Assembly (NCBI GenBank): GCA_038087875.1
Contig: JAXLNO010000062.1
Span: 310,001 to 374,000, forward strand
Direction of reading: 5' to 3'
Source: Malacoraja senta
Lineage: Eukaryota
DNA length: 64,000 bases
The notes beneath the pieces were generated by a model. That model was given only the letters and a program-made list of their open reading frames with translations, was not told where the DNA came from and made no database searches. Below are positions 36,130-49,820 of this stretch, one piece after another; the first letter of the stretch is position 1; every line of letters begins with the position of its first letter. Made by a program: the position numbers and the translations under genes.

Positions 36130-39100
36130 GTGAGGCAGGAGGCAGAGAAGGAAAGCACTCAGACCCAACATGTAGGGGGGGAAGAAGAAAACAATAAACA
36201 GACAATAAGAGATGGTGGGGTTCTTAAATGGGTGAGCAGAGAAACAGAGGGGTGTAAAATGCGGGCGGAAGCAATAGGTAGCAAGGTGAAAAGTAAAAGT
36301 GGCAGGCAGACAAATCCAGGGCAAAAATCAAAAAGGGCCACTTTTCAACATAATTGTATAAGGGGTAAGAGCGTTGTAAAAACAAGCCTGAAGGCTTTGT
36401 GTCTCAATGCAAGGAGCATTCGTAATAAGGTGGATGAGTTGAACGTGCAGATAGCAATTAATGATTATGATATAGTTGGGATCACGGAGACATGGCTCCA
36501 GGGTGACCAAGGCTGGGAGCTGAACATCCAGGGATATTCAATATTCAGGAGGGATAGAGAGAAAGGAAAAGGAGGTGGGGTACCGTTGCTGGTTAGAGAG
36601 GAGATTAACGCAGTGGAAAGGAAGGACATTAGCTTGGAGGATGTGGAATCGGTATGGGTAGAGCTGCGAAACACTAAGGGGCAGAAAACGCTGGAGGGTG
36701 TTGTGTACAGGCCACCTAGCAGTAGTAGTGAAGTTGGGGATGGCATCAAACAGGAAATTACAAATGCGTGCAACAAAGGCAAAACAGTTATAATGGGTAA
36801 CTTCAATCTACATATAGATTGGGTGAATCAAATTGGCAGGGGTGCTGAGGAAGAGGATTTCTTGCAATGTATGCGGGATGGTTATCTAAACCAACATGTA
36901 GAGGAACCGACGAGCGAGCAGGCTATTCTAAACTGGGTATTGAGTAATGAGGAAGGGTTAGTTAGCAGTCTTGTTGTGCGTGCCCCCTTGGGCAAGAGTG
37001 ACCATAATATGGTTGAGTTCTTCATTAGGATGGACAGTGACATTGTTAATTCAGAAACAACGCTTCTGAACTTAAAGAAAGGTAACTTTGAGGGTATGAG
37101 ACATGAATTGGCCAAGATTGACTGGCAATTAGTTCTAAAAGGGTTGACGGTGGATATGCAATGGAAGGCATTTAAAGACTGCATGGATGAACTACAAAAA
37201 TTGTTCATCCCAGTTTGGCAAAAGAATAAATCAGGGAAGGTAGTGCATCCGTGGATAACAAGGGAAATCAGGGATAGTATCAAAGCAAAAGATGATGCGT
37301 ACAAATTAGCCAGAAAAAGCAGCATACCAGAGGACTGGGAGAAATTCAGAGACCAGCAGAGGAGGACAAAGGGCTTAATAAGGAAAGGGAAAATAGATTA
37401 TGAAAGGAAACTGGCAGGGAACATAAAAACTGACTGCAAAAGTTTTTATAGATATGTGAAGAGAAAGAGATTAGTTAAAACAAATGTACGTCCGTTGCAG
37501 TCAGAAACAGGTGAATTGATCATGGGGAACAAGGATATGGTGGACCAATTGAATAACTACTTTGGTTCCGTCTTCACTAAGGAAGACAAAAATAATCTGC
37601 CGGAAATAGCAGGGGGCCGCGGGTCAAAGGAGATGGAGGAACTAAGTGAAATCCAGGTTAGTCGGGAAGTGGTGTTGGGTAAATTGAATGGATTAAAGGC
37701 CGATAAATCACCAGGGCCAGATAGGCTGCATCCCAGAGTACTTAAGGAAGTAGCTCCAGAAATAGTGGATGCATTAGTGATAATTTTTCAAAACTCTTTA
37801 AATTCTGGAGTACCTGAGGATTGGAGGGTAGCAAACGTAACCCCACTTTTTAAGAAGGGAGGGAGAGAGAAAACGGGGAATTACAGACTAGTTAGTCTAA
37901 CATCGGTAGTGGGGAAACTGCTAGAGTCAGTTATTCAAGATGGGATAGCAGCACATTTGGAAAGTGGTGAAATCATTGGACAAAGTCAGCATGGATTTAC
38001 GAAAGGTAAATCGTGTCTGACGAATCTTATAGAATTTTTCGAGGATGTAACGAGTAGAGTGGATAGGGGGGAACCAGTGGATGTGTTGTACCTGGACTTT
38101 CAGAAGGCTTTTGACAAGGTACCACATAAGAGATTAGGTTACAAACTTAAATCACACGGTATTAGGGGTTCAGTATTGATGTGGATAGAAAACTGGCTGG
38201 CAAACAGGAAGCAAAGAGTAGGAGTAAACGGGTCCTTTTCACAATGGCAGGCAGTGACTAGTGGGGTACCGCAAGGCTCAGTGCTGGCAGTGCTATTTAC
38301 AATTTATATTAATGAACTGGATGAGGGAATTGAAAGCAACATCTCCAAGTTTGCGGATGACACTAAGCTGGGGGGCAGTGTTAGCTGTGAGGAGAATGCT
38401 AGGAGACTGCAAGGTGACTTGGATAGGCTGGGTGAGTGGGCAAATGTTTGGCAGATGCAGTATAATGTGGATAAATGTGAGGTTATCCACTTTGGTGGCA
38501 AAAACAGGAAGGCAGACTATTATCTAAATGGTGGCCGATTAGGAAATGGGGAGATGCAGCGAGACCTGGGTGTCATGGTACACCAGTCATTGAAAGTAGG
38601 CATGCAGGTGCAGCAGTGAGTGAAGAAAGCGAATGGTATTTTGGCTTTCATAGCAAGAGGATTTGAGTATAGGAGCAGGGAGGTTCTACTGCAGTTGTAC
38701 AGGGTCTTGGTGAGACCACACCTGGAGTATTGCGTACAGTTTTGGTCTCCAAATCTGAGGAAGGACATTATAGCCATAGAGGGAGTGCAGAGAAGGTTCA
38801 CCAGACTGATTCCTGGGATGTCAGGATTTTCATATGAAGAAAGACTGGATAGACTTGGCTTATACTCGCTAGAATTTAGGAGATTGAGAGGGGACCTTAT
38901 AGAAACGTACAAAATTCTTATGGGGTTCGACAGGCTAGATGCAGGAGGATTGTTCCCGATGTTGGGGAAGTCCAGGACAAGGGGTCACAGCTTACGGATA
39001 AGGGGGAAATCCTTTAAGACCGAGATGAGGAAAAACGTTTTCACACAGAGAGTGGTGGATCTCTGGAACTCTCTGCCACAGAGGGTAGTTGAGGCCAGTT

Positions 39101-39180
39101 CATTGGCTATATTTAAGAGGGAGTTAGATGTGGCTAAGGGGATCAGGGGGTATGGAGAGAAGGCAGGTATGGGATACTGA
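36130..39180 (+). pseudogene. CR1 ORF2 endonuclease/reverse transcriptase, one premature stop
   Basis: 829-aa and 186-aa ORFs in the same frame. CAG CAG TGA GTG here versus CAG CAG GCA GTG in sibling copies. Confidence 0.93.
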
Positions 39181-39284
39181 GTTGGATGATCAGCCATGAT
39201 CATATTGAATGGCGGTGCAGGCTCGAAGGGCCGAATGGCCTACTCCTGCACCTATTTTCTATGTATCTATGTAAACACTCAGCA

Positions 39285-40010
39285 TAGGAGCATCGCAAGG
39301 CTGCGTACTCTTTCCTCTCCTCCACGCTCTCTACACCAACGACTTCACCTCTGTCAGTCAAGCTTCTCAAATCTGCGGACGACACAACCCTGATTGGACT
39401 GATCCAGGATGGGGAGGAATCGGCCTACAGACAGCAAGTGTCACAGCTGGCATCCTGGTGCCGTAGCAACAACCTGGAGCTCAATTCTCTTAAGACAGTG
39501 GAATTGATTGTAGACTTTAGGAGAGCTCACCCCACTCACCATCAACAACACCACAGTCACATCTGTATAATCTTTTAAGTTCCTGGGAACCATCATCTCC
39601 AAGGACCATAAGTGGGGGGCTACCATGGACTCCACAGTCAAAGAGGCACAACAGATGATGTACTTCCTGCGGCAGCTGAGGAAACACAATCTGCCACAGG
39701 CAATGATGGTCCAATTCTACACGACCATCGTAGAGCCTGTTCTCACCATCCCCATCATGGTCTGGTTTGGCTCAGTCACCAAGCACGACACCTGGAGGCT
39801 GCAGCGAATCGTCTGATCAGCAGAGAAGGTTATTGCCTGCAACCTTTCCTCCATTGATGAACTGTAGACTGCAAGGGCCAGGAAGCGAGCGGGTAAGATC
39901 ATCTCTGACCCCTCTCACACTGGCCACAAACTATTTCAATCACTACCCTCTGGAAGGCGACTCCGGACTGTCACAGCAGTTTTTTATTCACGAGTAGTTG
40001 CTCTACTCAG
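39285..40010 (+). mobile_element. Rex1/Babar RT 3' fragment
   Basis: LYTND..KLLKSADDTTLIGL..MYFLRQLRK..VWFGS. Confidence 0.85.
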
Positions 40011-40152
40011 CAGCCAAAATTGTTGTCATTGTTATATGGTTATAACAGCGGCGCCTAGCATTTATATATGCCTGAAGTAATTGAACTCCGCAATTGAATC
40101 TACAATGTTGGACACGTTCTTCCTAACTTGTCTAATCTGATGTGCAACTATT

Positions 40153-40450
40153 TGGGCGGCACGGTGGCGCAGCGATGGAGTTGCTGCCTTACAGCGCCAG
40201 AGACCCTGGGTCAATCCTGACCGGGGATGCTGCCTGTACTTTCTTCCTGTGACAGCGTGGGTTTTCTCCGGGTGCTCCGGTTTCCTCCCACACACCACAG
40301 ACCTGCAGGTTTTCAAGGTTAATTGGCTTTGGAAAATTTGTAAATTGTCCCTAGTGCGTAGGGTAGTGCTAGCGTACGGGGTGATCGCTGGTCGGTGTGG
40401 TCTCGGTGGGCCGAAAGGCCAGTTTCCACTCTATATCGCTAAAGTTTAAA
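40153..40450 (+). mobile_element. V-SINE (HE1-like), full length
   Basis: GGGCGGCACGGTGGCGCAGCG head, V-domain, CR1-like tail. Confidence 0.85.
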
Positions 40451-40997
40451 TCAGCTTGTCTTAACTCATCTCATTCCATTCCCCACCAAACCCTTTGTTA
40501 AAGATAAAGATTGATAACCTGAGGTTTAAAACATAGAACAGTAGAACACAGGAACCGCCCCTTCGGCCCACAATGCCTGTGCTAAACGTGACACCACTGC
40601 CAACTCTTATCTGTCTGCACATTATCATTATCCCTCCATTCCCTGCCTATCCAAAAACCTGTTAAATACCACTGTTGTATCTGCCTCCAACACCCCTGGC
40701 AACACACTCAAGGTGCACTCTAACCTCTTATAACTTGCTCCACACATCTTTAAACTTTGCCCCACTCTTGTTAAAGCTATGCCCTCTAGTATTCCATCTC
40801 TGTCCTGGGGAAAAGGGGCGGGCACGGTGGCGCAGCGGTAGAGTTCTTTGCTTACACTGCTTGCAATGCCAGAGACCCGGGTTCGATCCTGACTACGGGT
40901 GCTGTCAGTACAGATTTGTACATTTTCCCATTGACCCGCGTGTTTTTTTTTTCCGAGATCTTCAGTTTTCTCCCACAATCCAAAGACATGTAGGTTT

Positions 40998-42462
40998 CTG
41001 ATTCAGAATCAATCTTTATTGTCATTGTGCAGTGTACAGTACAGAGACAGCGAAATGCAGTTAGCATCTCACCCAGAAGAGCGAACATAGAATAATGGAA
41101 CAGCAAGATATATATATATATATATATATATATACGTACATACAATTTTTGTGTAGTGCAATTCTTCTGGGGGAAGGAGTGTCCGGGATGGGTGACTGGC
41201 AATCCCCAAGTTACAGAGTTAAGTTGTGTAACAGCCGCAGGGAAGAAGCTGTTCCTGAACCTGCTGATCTGGCAATGGAGAGACCTGTAGCGCCTCCCGG
41301 ATGGGAGGAGGATAAACAGTATGTGGCTGGGGTGAGAGCAGTCCTTGATGATGCTGCGCGCCCTTCGCAGCCAATGCTTGCGTTGGACAGACTCAATGGA
41401 GGGGAGTGAGGAACCGGTGATGCGTTGGGCAGTTTTCACCACTCTCTGCAGTGCTTTCCGGTCGGAGACAGTTGCCATACCAACCTGTGATACAGTTGGT
41501 AAGGATGCTCTCGATGGTGCAGCGGTAGAAGTTCACCAGCATCTGAGGAGACAGATGGACCTTCTTTTGTCTCCTCAGGAAGAAGAGAAGCTGGTGAGCC
41601 TTCTTAACCAGTGTTGAGGTATTGTGGGTCCAAGAGAGGTCATCAGAGATGTTGACCCCTAGAAACCTTAAGCTGGAAACACGTTCCACCTCCGTCCCGT
41701 TAATGTGGATGGGGGTGTGCGTGCCGCCCCTAGACCTTCTGTAGTCCACAATGAGCTCCTTGGTCTTCTTGTAGTTACAGGCCAGGTTGTTGTCAGCGCA
41801 CCATGCTGCTAGGAGCTGGACCTCCTCCCTATAGGCCGACTCATCGTTGTTGCTGATGAGGCCAATCACTGTTGTATCATCTGCATACTTGATGATGGTG
41901 TTAGTACCATGTACAGGTGTGCAGTCGTAGGTGAAGTGGGAGTAGAGGAGGGGGCTCAGCACACAGCCCTGTGGAACGCCGGTGTTCAGGGTGAGGGTTG
42001 AAGAGGTGTGGTTGTCTCACATAACAGACTGGGGTCTGTTGGTTAGAAAGTCCAGTATCCAGTTGCAGAGGGAGGGGTCGATGCCCAGGTCGCTGAGTTT
42101 GGTCATCAGTTTTGAGGGGATAATGATGTTTAATGCTGAGATGAACAGCATTCTCACGTAGGTGTCTCTGTTGTCGAGGTGGGAGAGGGCGGAGTGAAGT
42201 GCCGTTGAGATGGCATCCTCCGTACTCCTGTTCTTGCGGTAGGCGAACTGATAGGGATCCAGTGTGGGAGGTAGGCAGCCTTTGAGGTGTGCCAGGACCA
42301 GCCTCTCGAAGCACTTAGTGATGATGGGAGTAAGTGCAACTGGGCAGAAGTCGTTGAGGCTCGCCGCAGTGGAGTGTTTTGGCACCGGCACGAGGGAGGT
42401 GGTTTTAAGGCACGTGGGGACAACTGCTTGGGCATGTGACAGGTTGAAGATGTCAGTCTAGA
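40998..42462 (-). mobile_element. Rex1/Babar LINE, 5'-truncated, nested in a V-SINE (40816-40996 and 42465-42598)
   Basis: [51 protein letters not shown] is repeated at both junctions. Confidence 0.9.
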
Positions 42463-42727
42463 GAGTAGGTTAATTTGGTATAAATGTAAATTGTCCCTAG
42501 TGTGCGTGGGGTAGTTTACTGCACGGGTATCGCTTGTTGATGTGGACGTGGTGGGCTGAAGGGCCTGATTCTGTGCTGTATCTCTAAACTAAACTAAAAA
42601 AGTTCTGACTGTCTGGTTAAAGATATGAACACATGGGCTCACTGGTCTGCGGGCTATAGAAAGAATCTTGTACTTTGCTGACTTTCACAAGCAATGTTAA
42701 ACTGAGACCAACGAAGTAACGGCAATA

Positions 42728-43020
42728 GTTTGTTTTAGAGAGATGGTGTGAAAACAGGCCCTTCTGCCCACCGAGCCCACGCCAACCAACGATCACCTGT
42801 ACACTAGTCCTATATCCTTCACACTAGGGGCAATTTACAGACGTCAATTAACCTACACACCGGCACATCTCTAGAATGTGGGAGGAAACCAGAGCACCGG
42901 AAGGAATCCCACGTGGGTCACAGGGAGAACGTACAAACTACACGCACACGTAGACAGGATCGAACCCGGGTCTCTGACACTGTAAGGCAGCAACTCTTAG
43001 TCTATCGCTGCGCCACCATG
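42728..43020 (-). mobile_element. V-SINE (HE1-like)
   Basis: Reverse-complement head, V-domain and tail. Confidence 0.75.
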
Positions 43021-43260
43021 CTGATCAATTTACTTGATGCTAAGGAAGTTGTATGTCAGCCCTCTGCAAACTTTAAAACCCAATGAGATGTTCCTTCTCC
43101 ATTTGGTACATCAAGTCCTCTCCGTCATTCAATCATATCTGTATTGGCATGGCTTAGAACATCAGAAAAACCCTCTGCCACAGCCACTGATTTCTCAGGG
43201 ACTACAAAGGGAAAATGTACTCCAGTAATCCCTCTGTGCGCTTTATATCTGTCTGTTAAG

Positions 43261-43350
43261 GTGTTCAGATTTGTCAAATATTGAATTGCATTCCAACAAT
43301 GGAGTCTTTAGGTTTATGGAGTTAAGCGTGAAACTGATAAAGCAGAAGTA
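43261..43350 (+). pseudogene. Probable degraded terminal SUN-domain exon (VFRFVK.. / SNNG / VFRF / YG)
   Basis: ttaag| acceptor followed by fragments in shifting frames that resemble ..FQIVELRI.SNWG....CLYRFRVHG. The HPEYTC segment is absent. Confidence 0.4.
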
Positions 43351-43452
43351 TTTTCGTGCCAGGAACAAACTACACACACTTTGACTATAGACAACTCTCA
43401 TTTGGCAAATGGCAAAAATATTCTGCTGTTTTTAAAGTATTTTTCCCCAACA

Positions 43453-43725
43453 TGGCAGTGTGACTCAGCGGTAGAGTTGCTGCCTCACTGTGCCGGAGAC
43501 CCAGGTGCTGTCTGTACAGAGTTTGTATGTTCCCCTCGTGACCAGCGTGGGTTTTCTACGGATGCTCCGGTTTCCTCCCACACTCCAAAGACGTGCAGGT
43601 TTGTAGGTTAATTGGCTTTGGTAAAAAGTCCCCAGTGTGTAGGATAGTGAGGGTGTAGAGGTGAATACTGGTCGGCGTGGACTCGGTGGGCCAAAGGGCC
43701 CGTTGCCACACTGTATCTCGAAATG
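43453..43725 (+). mobile_element. V-SINE (HE1-like)
   Basis: Head, V-domain and tail. Confidence 0.75.
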
Positions 43726-43867
43726 AAAACACTTGAGATTTAATATTGTTTGTGCTGGAGTAACTCAGCGGGTTGAGCAGCATCTCTGGAGAACATGAGT
43801 GGGTGACGTTTTGGTTCAGGACCCGTCTTCAGGACCAGACGTCAACGAGTGTTGGACTCACCATGAC

Positions 43868-44385
43868 GTAGAAACATAGAAAATAGGAGCAGGAGTATGC
43901 CATTCGGCCCTTCGAGCCAGCACCGCATTTCAATATGATTTTGGCTGATCATCCAAAATCAATACCCCATTCCTGCTATCTCCCCATATCCCTTGATTCT
44001 GTTAGCCCAAAGAGCCACATCCAACACTCACTTGAAAACATCCAGTGAATTGGCCTCCACTGCCTTCTGTGGCAGAATTCTACAGATTTTCTGCGTGAAA
44101 ATGTTTTCCCTCTTCTGAGTCCTAAATGGCCTAACCCGTTATTCTTAAACTGTGACCCCTGGTTCTGGACTCCCCGAACATCGGGAACATTGTTCCTGCA
44201 TCTAGCCTTAACTCCTTTAAGAATGTTATATGTTTTCATAAGATACCCTCTCATCCTTCTCATTTCCAGCGAATTCAAGCCCAGTCTACCCATGCTTTCA
44301 TCATACGTAAGTCTCGCCACCCCAGATATTGACCTGGTGAACTTACGCTGCACTCCCTCAATAGTAAGAATGTCCTTCTGCAAAC
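43868..44385 (-). mobile_element. CR1 3' fragment
   Basis: KDILTIEGVQRKFTR.. plus the 3'UTR. Confidence 0.8.
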
Positions 44386-44692
44386 TAGGAAAGGTACAGG
44401 AGTGTGAAAACGCACACCTCCAGATTCAGGGACAGTTTCTTCCCAGCTGTTACCAGGCAACTAAATCATCCTACCACAATCAGAGAGCAGTTCTGAACTA
44501 CTATCTACCTCATTGGTGACCCTCGGACTATCCTTGCTGGCTTTACCTTGCACTAAACGTTATTCCTTTACCATGTATCTATACATTGCAAATGGCTCGA
44601 TTGTAATCATGCAATGTCTTTCTGCTAATTGTTTTTCACATGCGACAAAAAGCATTTCTCTGTACACGTGACAATAAACTCAATTGAACTGA
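44386..44692 (+). mobile_element. Rex1/Babar 3' end
   Basis: RYRSVKTHTSRFRDSFFPAV..LN, then a 3'UTR ending tgacaataaac. Confidence 0.7.
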
Positions 44693-44819
44693 GTTCCTTG
44701 TATCTACCACTTGAGTCCAGTTGGTTATAACCACTGTGACCTGTGGTCATATGGTGAAGTGGTTTATTCCCTTCTGGGCCGGCCTTCCATTCATAAGATC
44801 GCAAGTTTGTAAACCATCA

Positions 44820-46303
44820 TAGATACATAGATACATAGAAAATAGGTGCAGGAGTAGGCCATTCGGCCCTTCGAGCATGCACCGCCATTCAATATGGTCA
44901 TGGCTGATCATCCAACTCAGTATCCCGTACCTGCCTTCTCTCCATACCCCCTGATCCCCTTAGCCACAAGGGCCACATCTAACTCCCTCTTAAATATAGC
45001 CAATGAACTGGCCTCATCTACCCTCTGTGGCAGAGAGTTCCAGAGATTCACCACTCTCTGTGTGAAAAAAGTTTTTCCTCATCTCGGTCCTAAAGGATTT
45101 CCCACTTATCCTTAAGCTGTGACCCCTTGTCCTGGACTTCCCCAACATCGGGAACAATCTTCCTGCATCTAGCCTGTCCAACCCCATAAGAATTTTGTAC
45201 GTTTCTATAAGATCCCCTCTCAATCTCCTAAATTATGGCGAGTATAAGCCAAGTCTATCCAGTCTTTCTTCATATGAAAGTCCTGACATCCCAGGTGAAC
45301 CTGGTGAACCTTCTCTGCACTCCCTCTATGGCTATAATGTCCTTCCTCAGATTTGGAGACCAAAACTGTACGCAATACTCCAGGTGTGGTCTCACCAAGA
45401 CCCTGTACAACTGCAGTAGAACCTCCCTGCTCCTATACTCAAATCCTCTTGCTATGAAGGCCAACATACCATTCGCTTTCTTCACTGCCTGCTGTACCTG
45501 CATGCCTACTTTCAATGACTGGTGTACCATGACACCCAGGTCTCGCTGCATCTCCCCATTTCCCAATCGGCCACCATTTAGATAATAGTCTGCCTTCCCG
45601 TTTTTGCCACCAAAGTGGATAACCTCACACTTATCCACATTATACTGCATCTGCCAAACATCTGCCCACTCACCCAGCCTATCCAAGTCACCCTGCAGTC
45701 TCCTAGCATCCTCCTCACAGCTAACACTGCCCCCCAGCTTAGTGTCATCCGCAAACTTGGAGATGTTGCTTTCAATTCCCTCGTCCAGATCATTAATATA
45801 AATTGTAAATAGCTGGGGTCCCAGCACTGAGCCTTGCGGTACCCCACTAGTCACTGCCTGCCATTGTGAAAAGGACCCGTTTACTCCTACTCTTTGCTTC
45901 CTGTTTGCCAGCCAGTTCTCTATCCACATCAATACTGAACACCCAATACCGTGTGATTTAAGTTTGTACCCTAATCTTTTATGTGGTACCTTGTCGAAAG
46001 CCTTCTGAGAGTCCAGATACAACACATCCACTGGTTCTCCCCTATCCACTCTACTAGTTACATCCTCGAAAAATTCTATAAGATTCGTCAGACACGATTT
46101 ACCTTTCGTAAATCCATGCTGACTTTGTCCAATGATTTCACCACTTTCCAAATGTGCTGCTATCCCATCTTTAATAACTGACTCTAGCAGTTTCCCCACT
46201 ACCGATGTTAGAGTAACTGGTCTGTATTTCCCCGTTTTCTCTCTCCCTCCTTTCTTAAAAAGTGGGGTTACGTTTGCTACCCTCCAATCCCCAGGAACTA
46301 CTC
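44820..46303 (-). mobile_element. CR1 LINE 5'-truncated (young subfamily)
   Basis: 309-aa RT ORF at 45270-46199, near-identical by eye to the copies at 25850-27335 and 37810-39272. Confidence 0.94.
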
Positions 46304-47001
46304 ATAATCAGAGGTGACCTCATAATGTGCCTGGCCGGCGACATCACAATGAACTGCATCCGTAACCACGAGAGACGGACGGGCTCCATTCCATCCATCA
46401 ACTTGAAGTGGGTTCACACTTTGCGAGATATTGAACAGATCAGAGCTTTAAAATTCACTCTACGTATTTAGAAACAAAGGAACCTGTATCAAAAATGCCG
46501 GTGGAGAGTGCCAAGCAGGATGATAAAAGGAGATCTAAGGTAGATTTGAATCCATTAATAGACCAAGATAAAAGGTGGAGTGACTCAGCGAGTCTTATTC
46601 TGAAACTGTGACCCCCTGGTTCTGGACCCCCTACATTGGGAACATAGGGACGTAGGGCTCTACTGCCACCTCTGAGCTTTTCTTTATGGGAGAGAATCCT
46701 ATCCATCCAGTGACAATCCTGTCTCCAGTCTTCAACATCCCGCCTCTCCCCCTACCCACCCTTCTACCCTCTCTGGACCTTTTTATATCCACTGTTGGTG
46801 CAACAACTGCCTTGGCTTCTCTACTCCACTGGCCCACTCAAACCGGAAGGGTCCTGACCTGAAATGACAAATGTTAGGGAGCATCTCTGGAGAACATCTC
46901 TGGAGAAGGATATTGAATTATGTGAGGTAAGGGAAACAAGTAGAAAAGCTATGGAAACTATGAGATTAAAAGAAGAGGAAGTACTGACACTTTAAAAAAT
47001 A

Positions 47002-49820
47002 GTTCTTGGATACCTGTAATCTTCCAAAGTTAGAGCTGAAGGAACAAGAGGAACTGGGTGCACAAATCTCAATTAAGGAATTAGAAGATACAATAAACTC
47101 ATTAAAAAATGGAAAAACACCAGGCCCTGATGGATTTACTAATGAATTTTATAAAAGCTTTTATGATAAAATAATACCAAGATTACAAAAAATGTACCAA
47201 TACGCTTTTAAAAAACGAATACTACCTGATACATTAGCGGTATCAACGATTACATTAATACCTAAGAAAAATAAAGATTTAGAAGAACCTGGCTCATATA
47301 GAGCTATAGCATTGTTAAACACAGATCAAAAAATATTAGCGAAAACATTAGCTAGAAGATTAAGTAAATACATTAGTAAATTAATAAACCCAGATCAGAC
47401 AGGGTTTATCCCTAAGAGATACTCTTCTAATAATATGAGACGTCTACTCAACATAATGCACTCACACAAATCTGAAGATCAAGAATTATCAATTATTTCG
47501 CTGGATGCTGAAAAAGCATTTGATCAAGTAGAATGGAATTATATGGATAAAGTATTACAAAAATTTCAACTGGGAGAGAATTTTATTTTATGGATTAAGT
47601 TACTATATAACAAACCTACAGCTAGAATACTTACTAATAACATATTATCCTCGAAATTTCAACTATCAAGGGGAAATAGACAAGGATGCTCATTATCACC
47701 ACAGCTGTTTGCTCTCATTATTGAATCGCTAGCAGAAAAAATTAGAATACACCCTGATATTCATGGATATAATACTAAAGACTCATATAATAAAATATCT
47801 TTATACGCGGATGATGATTGTATATTACAAAACCTCAAATCACTATACCAAATATATTAAATTTAATTGAAGACTTCGGATCTTTTTCTGGATATAGAAT
47901 AAATTGGAATAAAAGTGAAATTATGTCAATAAAACCGAAAGATTCAACACATCTTTTAAAATTCCCTTTTAAAATAGCTACAGAAAAATTTAAATATTTG
48001 GGAATCGAAATTACCAGAACATATCAAGGTATGTTCAGGGCAAATTTTGACCCCCTACTTAATAAACTGAATACATTAATTAAATTCTGGAATACGCTCC
48101 CGATGTCTTTAATAGGCCGAATAAACGCAATAAAAATGATCTTTTTACCACAAATTTTATACCTATTTCAATCAATTCCTATATACTTACCTAAGAAGTT
48201 TTTTAAAAAACTCGACTCAGATATCACTAATTTTATATGGGACTATAAATCACATAGAATACAAAAAAAACCATCTGAATAAACCTAAAGTATTGGGGGG
48301 TCTAGCACTACCTAATTTTATGTATTATTATTGGTCAGTAAATATTAAAAACATGATTCAACTGATGGATAACTCCGCCCAGCAAGTAGACTGGATTGTA
48401 ATGGAGAAAGAGGATTGCTCCTCTAGAAACATTGGAGCGATCCTCCTCTCTCCAATGAAATTGAATAACATAAACTATAATAAGAACCCAATTATTCATA
48501 GTACAATCCGTATTTGGAAACAAATAAAACAAAATTTAAAATTAAGAAACTTATCACTTTTATTACCTATAGTCAATAACCCTTCGTTTAGTCCTTCTAT
48601 TATAGATAAAGCTTATACACAATGGGATAGACTAGGAATTAAAACGCTTGGTGACTTGTATGAAACTGGAAAATTACTTTCATTTCAACAATTACAAATA
48701 AAATATAAACTCGGAAATAATCAATATTTTAAATACTTTCAAATATGCGACTATTTGAAAAAATATACAAAAGATCATCATAATAACCCAGCAGATGTAC
48801 TGGACGAGGCAATGCAGATAAAAGCGGAATCAGCAAACTTAATATCATATTTGTATAATATTATCTTAAATGCACAAATACCATCTACGGAGGGTATCAG
48901 AAGAGACTGGGAACAAGAGTTAACTATTAAAATTTCAAAGGAAAGTTGGAATGAATACTTATTAAACGTGCATAAATGCTCGATTAATGTAAGACACACT
49001 TTAATACAATTTAAAATTTTACATAGATTATATTATTCGAAAACTAAAATTCATAAAATTTTCCCAAACGTATCATCTATTTGTGATAAATGTCAATCCC
49101 AAGAAGCAACTATAGCGCACTCATTTGTCTTCTGTACAAAAATTCAAAAATTTTGGAATGAAATTTTTGAAATCTTTACAAAGTTATTTAAAACAAGACT
49201 GATACCCAAAGCAGAATGGATTATCTTCGGAATAACGGAAGATGATCCAGAACTAAATGTGTTTCAAAAGAAATTAATGGACTATGGGTAAATAACTGGA
49301 AAAAAGCTAATTCTAAAATTTTGGAAGAAGGCTCCAATACCAACTATAAATATGTGGATTTCAAATATGTTTGAAACATTACACCTAGAAGAGATAAGAC
49401 TCCTCCTAGCAGGTAAACCAGATCACTTCCACCTGATGTGGTCTGCATTTATAGAATTATTACAAACATAGGGTGCAAAAGTACTTTAAAAAAAATAAAA
49501 AATTGAGGTCAGGTAAGGGGGGATGATAGTTGAAGAGTTGGTATGTCCTATTTACGTGATGCTCAAAAAAAAACCATTTGTTTCTCTTTTTTTCTCTTTC
49601 TCTTTTCTTTTCTTAGGGCCTATTTCTTAACTCTTTTTCTTTTCATTTTCTACACTTTTCTACACTTGCACTTTTTCCTTCACTTTCTTCTCTCTTTCAA
49701 TCTTTTCTTTTTCTAGTGTAAAAAAATAAATAAAGGGAGTACATTAATTGTAAGACGATATAAATGACGAGTATTAATGTATGTGGTTGTAATGTAATGT
49801 ACTTCTAATGAATAAATATT

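Larger units (their letters stand above)
34885..39272 (+). mobile_element. Near full-length CR1 LINE (5'UTR, ORF1 zipper/esterase, ORF2 APE+RT, 3' tail)
   Basis: ORF1 has C..C plus leucine zipper and SGNH-esterase motifs GDSIVRG / HIGTND / DGLHLN. ORF2 36130-39180 has a single nonsense TGA at 38617-38619. Confidence 0.95.
4248..43350 (+). pseudogene. SUN2: SUN2-like SUN-domain gene, intron-containing pseudogene (about 15 recognisable coding exons, multiple disabling lesions)
   Basis: Exons with AG/GT borders translate in order to SUN2-like segments: N-terminus MSCRSPHL..SYKETPVR, YWWLGTAWYQLTTA, coiled coils, DYALESAG-GSVIHTRC, LFGIPLWY, PEVHPGNCWPFKGSQG, LGQYTYNKEGDSIQTF. Stops or frameshifts fall in at least 6 exons. 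SUN2 orthologue versus fish SUN paralogue is not resolved. Confidence 0.85.

Noticed and set aside
40153..40230. tRNA gene (also at other SINE heads)
   Set aside because: A/B boxes run directly into the V-SINE body and do not form a complete cloverleaf.
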